From an uncultured Burkholderiales bacterium (GTDB taxonomy: Bacteria; Pseudomonadota; Gammaproteobacteria; Burkholderiales; Burkholderiaceae_E), in assembly GCA_903898725.1 (NCBI GenBank), contig CAIUGQ010000126.1, positions 1-40,676 on the forward strand: DNA of 40,676 nt, given 5' to 3'. This document shows positions 24,651-32,114 of this stretch, in pieces. The notes below the pieces were generated by a model, which was given only the letters and a program-made list of their open reading frames with translations, was not told where the DNA came from and made no database searches. Numbering within the stretch: position 1 is the first letter of the stretch; each line of letters starts with the position of its first letter. Position numbers and translations under genes: made by a program.

Positions 24651-26555
24651 TCAGGGGCAGGTTCTCGGGAAGCTCGGGCCGACCGGGAACGGGAACGGAC
24701 TCGGCGTGCCGGGCGGGGCCACCGCCTTGTCGTTCAGGTCTTCCGCGGCGATCGGCAGGTAGAACTGGGCGCTCGCGGCCCCTTCGCTGCCGGCCACCTG
24801 CACCCGCACGTCGAGCAGGACCTCGGTCCACATCGCGAAGCTGCGCGGGTACTGGATTTGCACGGCAGCCGTACCGTTGTCGGTCGTGGTCACCGCAGGC
24901 GAGGTGCTGGCCACGTTGCCCGGCGTCAGCTGCCCGTCGCCGTTCGTGTCCTCGCCCACCTGGCAGATGCCGTCGCGATTGACGTCCTCGCTCGGGAAGA
25001 CGCCGGTGATGCTCTGCTCCCATTCCGGCGGGCCGCTCGGACGGGTCACCCAGGTTCCGGTCGCGTACTGCAAGGGCCGCAGGTTGACGATGATCGAGGC
25101 GCCCTTGACCGCGTTGCCGGTCGAATCCGTGACCACCACCGCATAGGTCTTCCGGTAGAGCGCCGGATCGATCTTCTCGATCTTGTTGTCGGTGCCGAGC
25201 CGCACGAAGAGCTGGCTGCGCGCGACGCTCATGAACGCGGTCTGCGACGCGATGCCGTCGACGGTCGCGACGAGCTTCACCGCGTTCGGGGCCGTGGTGT
25301 TCGGTCCGCCGATGAACGAGACGGTCGCGCGTCCGGCCAGGTCGGTGGTCGCGATGCCCGGCTGGATCGAGCCGCCGCTCGGATCGTCGGTGGCGTTGAA
25401 GGTCACGACCCGGTTGGCGACCGGGTTGCCGAGCGGGTCGCGCACCACCGCCGTCAGCGTCGAGCGCTGGTCGGTCGAGCCGCCGAGGTTCGGACCGATC
25501 GTCGACGGACTCGCCTGCAGGTCGATCTGCGACGGCGTCACCGACACGAAGTTGAAGTTGAACTCCGACGACACGCCGCCGACCCGCGCGGTGATCGTCG
25601 CCGGACCGGCGAAGCCCGAGGTGATCCCGAAGTTCGCCGACCCGGTCGCGATGCTCGCCGAGGCGGGCGTCAGCGTGCCGCGGGTGGTCGAGGCATCAAC
25701 CGTCGTGCCCCCCGGAATGCCGTTCGCCGACTGGTAGGTCACCTGGAGCGCAGCGGTCGTGCCGAGTGCGACGACCGGCGTCGTGCCGACCGTGGAGAAG
25801 CCGGACGACGGCGTCACCGACAGGCCCTGGCCGGACACGGTGATCGGCACCGTGCGGGATTCGCCGAGGGCGCTGAACTTGAGCGAGTCGGCGCCCGGCA
25901 CCGCGCCACGCACGCCGAAGACGGCCTGACCGCCGCCATCCGTCTTGACGGTCGTCGCGGTGAGCGTGTTGCCCTTCTCGGAGGCCGCGGTCACGTCCCA
26001 GTTGCCGAGCGGCGCGCCACTGGAGTCCTTGAGCGACACCGTGTAGTTCGACGTGGTCGTGCTGGCGAGTGCGATCGCCGACGGGCCCGAGACGGTCAGG
26101 GTCGTGCCGCTCACCCGGATCGTCAGCGGCGTCGACGACACGCCGGACGCCTTGGCCAGCACCGTGATGTCGCGGCTGCGCGGGTCGCTGAGCACGCTCA
26201 GCTTCGCGGTGGCGGTACCGGTGTCATCGGTGGTCGCCCGCGTGACCTCGAGGCGCACGCCGCCCGGGGCGCCGGCCGGATCGGAGGCCGACAGCTCGAC
26301 CGCCACGTTCTTGGCCGCCACGTTGGTGGCCGAGGTGACGAAGACGGTCAGGTCGATGGGCGTCTTGCCGTCCGAGTTGATGGTCGTGGTGTTCGCGACC
26401 ACCTGCACGGTGCCGACACCGGTGCCCGACGTTCCGGCGCCGCCGCCGGCACCGGCGCCGGAGCCGCCGCAGGCGGACAGTCCGGTCGCGATCGACAGCG
26501 GGGCCACGAGTGCCAGCAGGGCGAGCCTGCTGGTGCGGATCAGTCGTTCGAACAT
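24651..26555 (-). CDS. predicted lipoprotein with multiple bacterial Ig-like (Big_1/invasin-like) repeats and a C-terminal Ca-binding-like domain; function unknown
   Basis: 634-aa ORF. The signal peptide ends in lipobox LSAC (MFERLIRTSRLALLALVAPLSIATGLSACGGSG). A Gly-rich linker follows, then about 4-5 Thr/Ser/Val-rich beta-repeats of about 90-100 aa (e.g. RSTLTAVVRDPLGNPVANRVVTFNATDDPSGGSIQPGIATTDLAGRATVSF). The C-terminal part carries DVNRDGICQVGEDTNGDGQLTPGN. It starts 32 bp after the pilQ stop. Confidence 0.75.
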   Translation of the reverse strand: MFERLIRTSRLALLALVAPLSIATGLSACGGSGAGAGGGAGTSGTGVGTVQVVANTTTINSDGKTPIDLTVFVTSATNVAAKNVAVELSASDPAGAPGGVRLEVTRATTDDTGTATAKLSVLSDPRSRDITVLAKASGVSSTPLTIRVSGTTLTVSGPSAIALASTTTSNYTVSLKDSSGAPLGNWDVTAASEKGNTLTATTVKTDGGGQAVFGVRGAVPGADSLKFSALGESRTVPITVSGQGLSVTPSSGFSTVGTTPVVALGTTAALQVTYQSANGIPGGTTVDASTTRGTLTPASASIATGSANFGITSGFAGPATITARVGGVSSEFNFNFVSVTPSQIDLQASPSTIGPNLGGSTDQRSTLTAVVRDPLGNPVANRVVTFNATDDPSGGSIQPGIATTDLAGRATVSFIGGPNTTAPNAVKLVATVDGIASQTAFMSVARSQLFVRLGTDNKIEKIDPALYRKTYAVVVTDSTGNAVKGASIIVNLRPLQYATGTWVTRPSGPPEWEQSITGVFPSEDVNRDGICQVGEDTNGDGQLTPGNVASTSPAVTTTDNGTAAVQIQYPRSFAMWTEVLLDVRVQVAGSEGAASAQFYLPIAAEDLNDKAVAPPGTPSPFPFPVGPSFPRTCP

Positions 26556-26587
26556 GGGCTCGAGCCTTCTTGTATCGGGGCGCCGGA

Positions 26588-28864
26588 TCAGCGGGTGCTC
26601 GCGGCGACGTCGGTCACGACGCGCGGCGTGAGGAACACGAGGAGCTCGGTCCGGTCGCTGGTGCGGGCGGTGTTCTTGAACAGGTTGCCGAGGTAGGGGA
26701 TGTCGCCCAGGAACGGGACCTTGTTCACGCGGTTGCGCTCGAACTGCTCGTAGATGCCGCCGATCACGACGGTGCCGCCGTTCTCGACGAGCACCTCGGT
26801 CTGCACCGAGCGCGTGTCGATCGCGAAGCCGGCGGGCGTGAGCTGGCCGACCGCGTCGCGGTTGACCTGCACCTTCATGATCACGTTGCCCTCGGGGGTG
26901 ATCTGCGGCACCACCTCGAGCTTGAGGTTCGCCTTGCGGAAGGCGACGGCGGTCGCGCCGCTCGAGGTCGCCGTCTGGTAGGGCAGCTCGGTGCCCTGCT
27001 CGATCACCGCCTTGCCCTGGTCGGAGGTCAGCACGCGCGGGCTCGACACCACCTTGCCGCGCTGCTCGGCCTCGAGCGCGGAGATCTCGAGGTTGACGAA
27101 GCGGGTGAGCGAGGAGCCGAACAGGCTGACCGCGAAGCTCGCCGGGCTCACGCCCGAGATGCCACCGGCCGGCAGGTTCACGAAGTTGGTGTTCGCGATC
27201 GCGGTCTGCTGGCCGAGGCCCTGCGCGTTCAGGCCGCTCATGGTGCTGCCCAGCTGCGACGACAGGTCGGCGACGCCCTGCAGGTTGCCGGACACCGTCG
27301 AGTAGGCGCTGCTGCCGAGCAGCGGCGCCCCGGCGCCGTAGACCGGCACGTTGAGCGCGGTCGGTGCACCGGTCACCGGGTCGATGACCGAGGTGGTCCG
27401 GGCGATGGTGCTGCGGATGTCGTTGAAGCCGAGCTTCACGCCGAGGTTGCGCGAGAAACGGTCGTCGGCCTCGACGATCCGGGCCTCGATCAGCACCTGG
27501 CGCACGGCGATGTCGAGCTGGCCGATGATCCGGCGCACTTCCTCGAGACGCGATGCCGTGTCGCGCACGAACAGCTTGTTGGTGCGGACGTCGGGCACCG
27601 CGCTGCCGGACTTCGACAGCACGCGCTGCTTGTCGTCGCCGAGCAGCTTCGCGACCGATTCGGCCTTCTGGTAGTTGAGCTGGAAGGTCTCGACGCGCGT
27701 CGGCTCGATCTCGGCGATCTGCTGCTTCGACTCGAGGTCGAGCTTCTCCTGGGTGGCGAGCTCGTCGCGCGGCGCGACCAGGATCACATTGCCGTTCTTG
27801 CGCATGTCGAGGTTCTTCGACTGCAGCACGATGTCGAGCGCCTGGTCCCAGGGCACGTCCTTGAGCCGCAGCGTGATGCTGCCGGCCACCGAGTCGCGCA
27901 CGACGATGTTCAGGTTCGTGAAGTCGGCGATCACCTGCAGCAGCGCGCGGATGTCGACGTTCTGGAAGTTCAGCGAGAGCTTGTCGCCGCGGTAGCCGCC
28001 GCGCGTGCCCTGCACGAGCTTGTTCGGGTCCTCGCGGACGGGCTTGACCTCGATGACGAACTGCGTGTCGCTCTGGTAGGCGTTGTGTTCCCAGAGGCCG
28101 TTCGGCTCGATGATCATCCGGGCGTTCTCGCCCTGCTGGAAGGTGCGCACCGAGCGGACCGGCGTGCCGAAGTCGCTGACGTCCAGACGGCGACGCAGGT
28201 TGTCGGGCACGCGCGACTTCAGGAAGTCGACCACGATGGTCTGGCCCTGCTGCTTGATGTCGACGCCCGTCTGCGCGCTCGAGAGCTCGACGACCACGCG
28301 GCCCTCGCCGTCCTTGCCGCGACGGAAGTCGATGTCGCGCAGGGCCTGCGTGCCGGGCGCATCGCCCTTGGGGAAGCTGTAGGCGCTGGCGCTCGGGGCG
28401 CCGAGGTTGGGCGACCCGGCCCCGCCGGTGATCGGCTCGAGCGTCACCAGGATCGCGTTGCCCTCGACCACCGTGCTGTGGGTCACCGGCCGGCGCAGGT
28501 TCAGCACCATGCGCGAGCGGCTGCCGGCCTGCACGACGTTCACGCTGCGGGCCTCGCCCTGCACCAGCTCGATCGGCGCGGTGCCGACGGTGCTGGCGGT
28601 GTCGGGGAAGTCGAGCGCGAGCCGGGGCGGGTTCGCGATCGAGAAGGTGGCCGGCTGCCCCTTGGGCGCGGACTTCAGCTGGATGCGAAGCACCGTCTGC
28701 GCGCCCTGCTGCGCGGAGGTGATCGACTCGATCGTATTGGCCTGCGCGCGCGCCGTGCCTGCGTGCAGCAGCAACGCGAGTGCGACGAGAAGCGTCGCCG
28801 CGAGGGCAATGGGCCCGTTACGGCCGTAGCCGTCGATCGATGCCCGCACTCGAACGCCCATCAT
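26588..28864 (-). CDS. pilQ: type IV pilus secretin PilQ
   Basis: ORF 26588..29491, trimmed to the ATGATG at 28864/28861, which overlaps the pilP stop. It has a signal peptide, two AMIN-like N-terminal modules, and a secretin C-terminal domain ending ...VNKVPFLGDIPYLGNLFKNT... Confidence 0.95.
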   Translation of the reverse strand: MMGVRVRASIDGYGRNGPIALAATLLVALALLLHAGTARAQANTIESITSAQQGAQTVLRIQLKSAPKGQPATFSIANPPRLALDFPDTASTVGTAPIELVQGEARSVNVVQAGSRSRMVLNLRRPVTHSTVVEGNAILVTLEPITGGAGSPNLGAPSASAYSFPKGDAPGTQALRDIDFRRGKDGEGRVVVELSSAQTGVDIKQQGQTIVVDFLKSRVPDNLRRRLDVSDFGTPVRSVRTFQQGENARMIIEPNGLWEHNAYQSDTQFVIEVKPVREDPNKLVQGTRGGYRGDKLSLNFQNVDIRALLQVIADFTNLNIVVRDSVAGSITLRLKDVPWDQALDIVLQSKNLDMRKNGNVILVAPRDELATQEKLDLESKQQIAEIEPTRVETFQLNYQKAESVAKLLGDDKQRVLSKSGSAVPDVRTNKLFVRDTASRLEEVRRIIGQLDIAVRQVLIEARIVEADDRFSRNLGVKLGFNDIRSTIARTTSVIDPVTGAPTALNVPVYGAGAPLLGSSAYSTVSGNLQGVADLSSQLGSTMSGLNAQGLGQQTAIANTNFVNLPAGGISGVSPASFAVSLFGSSLTRFVNLEISALEAEQRGKVVSSPRVLTSDQGKAVIEQGTELPYQTATSSGATAVAFRKANLKLEVVPQITPEGNVIMKVQVNRDAVGQLTPAGFAIDTRSVQTEVLVENGGTVVIGGIYEQFERNRVNKVPFLGDIPYLGNLFKNTARTSDRTELLVFLTPRVVTDVAASTR

Positions 28865-29400
28865 TTCCTGCTCTCCTGCACCTGCAGACGCAGGGCCGTG
28901 TCCCGTTCGATCCAGTCGCCGGCGGCGTCCTGGACGATCTCCCGTACCGCGATCTCGTCTTCCGAGACACGCGTCACGCGGCCGAAGTTCTGGCCGATGT
29001 AGTTGCCGACGCGGACCTGGAACAGCACCGAGTCCGCCTGCAGCAGCGCGGTGGTCGTGCCACGCTGCGCGAGGTTGCCGACCATCTTCAGGCTGTCCAG
29101 CGGATACGCCTCGAGCGGCTCGCGCCGCCGCGTGAGGTCCGGACGGATGCCGCCGCCGCCGCGTGCACTGTCGACGGTGCCGACCTTGAGCTTCGCGATG
29201 CTGAACGGATCGGTCTCGCCGCTGGCCTGATAGCGGAACGGCTCGAACGACTTGGGTTCGGCGATCGTTTCCTTGATGGCCGGCATGGTGCGGCGGCTCT
29301 GGTCCATCCAGGCCCGCAGGTCGTCGCTGTCGGTCTCGCAGCCCGCAAGCGCGAAGGCGAGCACGGCGAGGCCGGCGGCGCGGTGCAGCGTCCCCGTCAT
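28861..29400 (-). CDS. pilP: type IV pilus assembly lipoprotein PilP
   Basis: ORF 28861..29988, trimmed to the ATG at 29400 (MTGTLHRAAGLAVLAFALAGCETDS, lipobox LAGC). ATGA overlap with the pilO stop. Positioned between pilO and pilQ. Confidence 0.88.
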   Translation of the reverse strand: MTGTLHRAAGLAVLAFALAGCETDSDDLRAWMDQSRRTMPAIKETIAEPKSFEPFRYQASGETDPFSIAKLKVGTVDSARGGGGIRPDLTRRREPLEAYPLDSLKMVGNLAQRGTTTALLQADSVLFQVRVGNYIGQNFGRVTRVSEDEIAVREIVQDAAGDWIERDTALRLQVQESRK

Positions 29401-30068
29401 TTCTTGGCTCCCGGCGGCTTGGGCCTGGCCGCGGCACGCTGCTGGGCGATCTCTTCGGGATCGAGGTAGCGGAAGGTCTTCGCCGTGGCATCCATCGCGA
29501 GCGTCGTGCCCTTCGCGTCGAACTGCTGGATCTGCACGTTGTTGAGCGTCACGATCCGCGCGAGGTTCGCGAGGTCGCTCGCGAACGAACCGAGGTCGTG
29601 GTAGTTGCCGACCACGCGCACCGAGATCGGCAGTTCGGCGTAGTAGTCGCGAACGACCGTCTGGCCCGGCTTGAACAGCATGAGCTGCGCGCCTCGCCCG
29701 ACGCCCGCCTGGTTGATGTCCGACAGCAGCGCGTCCATCTCGGCCTTGCTGGGCAGCTGCTTCTCGAGCTGGCTCACGAACTGGCCGACCTGCTCCTTCT
29801 GCTTGCGCAGCAGGGGCAGGTTCACCGCCTGCTTGAGCTTCTCGGTGTACTGGGTCTTGAGCGTTTCTTCTTGAGCGACGCCCGCGTCGAGTTCCTCGAC
29901 GAGTCCGCGCCAGTAGAGGGCCCAGCCCGCGGTGACGATCGCGGTGAACACCGCGACGAGCAACGCGGCGCGGGGCAGCGCCGGCCACAGGCCCGCGTGG
30001 CGGCCCTTGAGGCCCTGGAACTGCGCCGAGACCTGGCTGAAATCGAGCTTGAGGGAGAGATTGGCCAT
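29397..30068 (-). CDS. pilO: type IV pilus assembly protein PilO
   Basis: ORF 29397..30137, trimmed to the ATG at 30068 (MANLSLKLDFSQVSAQFQGLKGRHAGLWPALPRAALLVAVF...). It has one TM plus a coiled coil. Conserved operon position. Confidence 0.88.
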   Translation of the reverse strand: MANLSLKLDFSQVSAQFQGLKGRHAGLWPALPRAALLVAVFTAIVTAGWALYWRGLVEELDAGVAQEETLKTQYTEKLKQAVNLPLLRKQKEQVGQFVSQLEKQLPSKAEMDALLSDINQAGVGRGAQLMLFKPGQTVVRDYYAELPISVRVVGNYHDLGSFASDLANLARIVTLNNVQIQQFDAKGTTLAMDATAKTFRYLDPEEIAQQRAAARPKPPGAKK

Positions 30069-30084
30069 GTGCGTCTCGCGTGCG

Positions 30085-30807
30085 TCAGCGCAGCGCGCCG
30101 AGCTTGATCGGCTCGTCGCGTTCGGCGCGCGGCGCACCGGGCTTCGCGTCCGCGGGGGGCGTGGCGCGCTTCATCAGCGTGTTGAGCGAGAACTCGTAGA
30201 TCTTGCGGCCTTCGCGCGAGCCGGCGCTCGGGGGCAGCGAGATCTCCTTGATCTCGCCGAGCTCGGGCCGCTCGAGCAGCGGGCTGCGTTCGGCCAGGTT
30301 GCGCAGCAGCTCGGCGACGCGCTCGTTGGTCTGCGCATGCCCGGAGAGGGTCACGCGAAGGTCGTCCTGCTTGAGCTGCTTCAGGTACACGCCCTCGGGG
30401 GTGAGCCTGACCAGCTCGTCGAACAGCTTCACGGGCGCGGTCCGATCGCTCTGCAGGTTCTCGACCGCCTGCTGACGCGCCTTGAGCGCGGCGATCTCGT
30501 CGCGCAGCGTCTTGATCTCGGCGATCTCGGCGTCGAGCTTCGCGTTCTCGGCGACGATGAACGCGTTGCGTTCCTGCTGGGCAGAGATCTGCTGGTTGAT
30601 CGCGAAACCGCCGGCGAACACGGCGACCGCGCCGGCGATGCCGACCAGCGCGGCGAGGCTGACGAAGTCCTTCTTTCGCCGCTCGCGCTTCATCTCGCGG
30701 TGCGGCAGCAGGTTGATCCGGATCGGCGCGAGGTGTCGCACCGTCGGATCGACGAACTCGGTGGTCGGCTCGAGTCCGACCTTGCTCATCTTGGCGCCGG
30801 CGCTCAT
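30085..30807 (-). CDS. pilN: type IV pilus assembly protein PilN
   Basis: ORF 30085..30837. The ATG at 30807 overlaps the pilM stop (ATGA). It contains the PilN signature IRINLLPHRE followed by a TM segment. An alternative start is MSKVG, 6 codons downstream. Confidence 0.88.
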   Translation of the reverse strand: MSAGAKMSKVGLEPTTEFVDPTVRHLAPIRINLLPHREMKRERRKKDFVSLAALVGIAGAVAVFAGGFAINQQISAQQERNAFIVAENAKLDAEIAEIKTLRDEIAALKARQQAVENLQSDRTAPVKLFDELVRLTPEGVYLKQLKQDDLRVTLSGHAQTNERVAELLRNLAERSPLLERPELGEIKEISLPPSAGSREGRKIYEFSLNTLMKRATPPADAKPGAPRAERDEPIKLGALR

Positions 30808-31886
30808 ACGTCGAACCTCCGCATCGCGAGGCCGCATCCGACCATCAGCGCCGGCGCATCGAGGCGCAGCTGACGTTCGCGGATGCCGCCGGCGACTTCC
30901 ATGCCCTGGAAGGGGCTCATGATCTCGGTGGGCACCTGGGTGCGCTCGGCAACTGCCTCGGCGAGCCCGGCGGTCACCGCGCAGCCGCCTGCGAGGAAGA
31001 TGCGGTCGACCCGCGTGAACGGCGTCGACGTGAAGAAGAACTGCAGCGAGCGCGCGACTTCGGTGGCGCCCTGCTCGACGAACGGCGTGAGCAGTTCGCT
31101 CGCGTAGTTGTCGGGGAGGTCACCGCTCTTCTTCTTGAGCTCGGCCTCCTCGAGGGTCAGGCCGTAGAGACGCACGATGTCCTGGGTGAGCTGGCTGCCG
31201 CCGAAGGTCTGGTCACGCTCGAAGACCGTCTGGCCGTTGAGCACGACGGTCAGGTTCGTCGTGCTCTGACCGACATCGAACACCGCGAGGATCATCCCCT
31301 CGCCCTGGTTCGGCAGGAAGCGCGTGACATGGTCGATCGAGGTGCGCGCCGCGAAGGGCTCGACGTCGATCACCACCGGCTTGAGCCCCGCCATCTCGGC
31401 GATCGCGACGCGGTCCTCGACCTTCTCCTTGCGCGAGGCCGCGAGCAGCACCTCGACGTCCTCGTCGGACTGGGCCGCGGGGCCGAGGATCTGGAAGTCG
31501 AGGTTCACCTCGTCGATGGAGAACGGGATGTACTGGCTCGCCTCGTTCTCGACCTGGAGCTCGTAGTCCTCTTCGTGCAGGCCGGCCGGCAGCGTGATGC
31601 GCTTGGCGATCACCGCCGACGAGGGCAGTGCCATCGCGGCGAGACGCGTCTTCGTGCCGGTACGCCGGATCGCGCGCAGCAGCGCGTCGGCGACCGCCTC
31701 GGGCTTCTCGACGTTGCCGTCGACGATGGCGCCGCGCTCGATCGGCTCGATCGCGTAGCGCTCGAGGCGCATGCCCGTCTTCCCACCCGGCACCAGCTCG
31801 ACGAGCTTGACGTTGGACGCGCTGACGTCGACCCCCAGAATGGGCTGGGTGCCGCGCCTCAAGAGGCCTTGAAGGCTGAGTGCCAC
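30804..31886 (-). CDS. pilM: type IV pilus assembly ATPase-fold protein PilM
   Basis: 360-aa ORF. GTG start 5 nt after GAGG. N-terminus ILGVDVSASNVKLVELV, an actin-like fold typical of PilM. Confidence 0.93.
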   Translation of the reverse strand: MALSLQGLLRRGTQPILGVDVSASNVKLVELVPGGKTGMRLERYAIEPIERGAIVDGNVEKPEAVADALLRAIRRTGTKTRLAAMALPSSAVIAKRITLPAGLHEEDYELQVENEASQYIPFSIDEVNLDFQILGPAAQSDEDVEVLLAASRKEKVEDRVAIAEMAGLKPVVIDVEPFAARTSIDHVTRFLPNQGEGMILAVFDVGQSTTNLTVVLNGQTVFERDQTFGGSQLTQDIVRLYGLTLEEAELKKKSGDLPDNYASELLTPFVEQGATEVARSLQFFFTSTPFTRVDRIFLAGGCAVTAGLAEAVAERTQVPTEIMSPFQGMEVAGGIRERQLRLDAPALMVGCGLAMRRFDV

Positions 31887-31944
31887 GTGCGCCTCGGTCT
31901 TGTCAGATGGAAAAAAACGTCATAAAACAGGATCTTACGACGAA

Positions 31945-31973
31945 ATTGTAGAATTAGGATGAGATGCTAACAA
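31945..31973 (-). promoter_or_regulatory. candidate sigma70-type promoter for pilMNOPQ (-35 TTGTTA, 17-bp spacer, -10 TACAAT)
   Basis: On the minus strand, TTGTTA (31973..31968), a 17-nt spacer and TACAAT (31950..31945) sit in the only AT-rich patch of the window, about 60 nt upstream of the pilM GTG. This is a hexamer match only, with no experimental support. Confidence 0.4.
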
Positions 31974-32114
31974 CAGCGTCGACACACTGTAAAGCTTTTC
32001 GCTGTTGCATTTGCCCGGGTCACACCCCGCCCGTCGACCCCCCTGCTCCACTCATCGACTGCTCCGGCAAAGTGGTCGAACGACCGGTCAGGCCACGCTT
32101 GGAGGCGGGGATGG

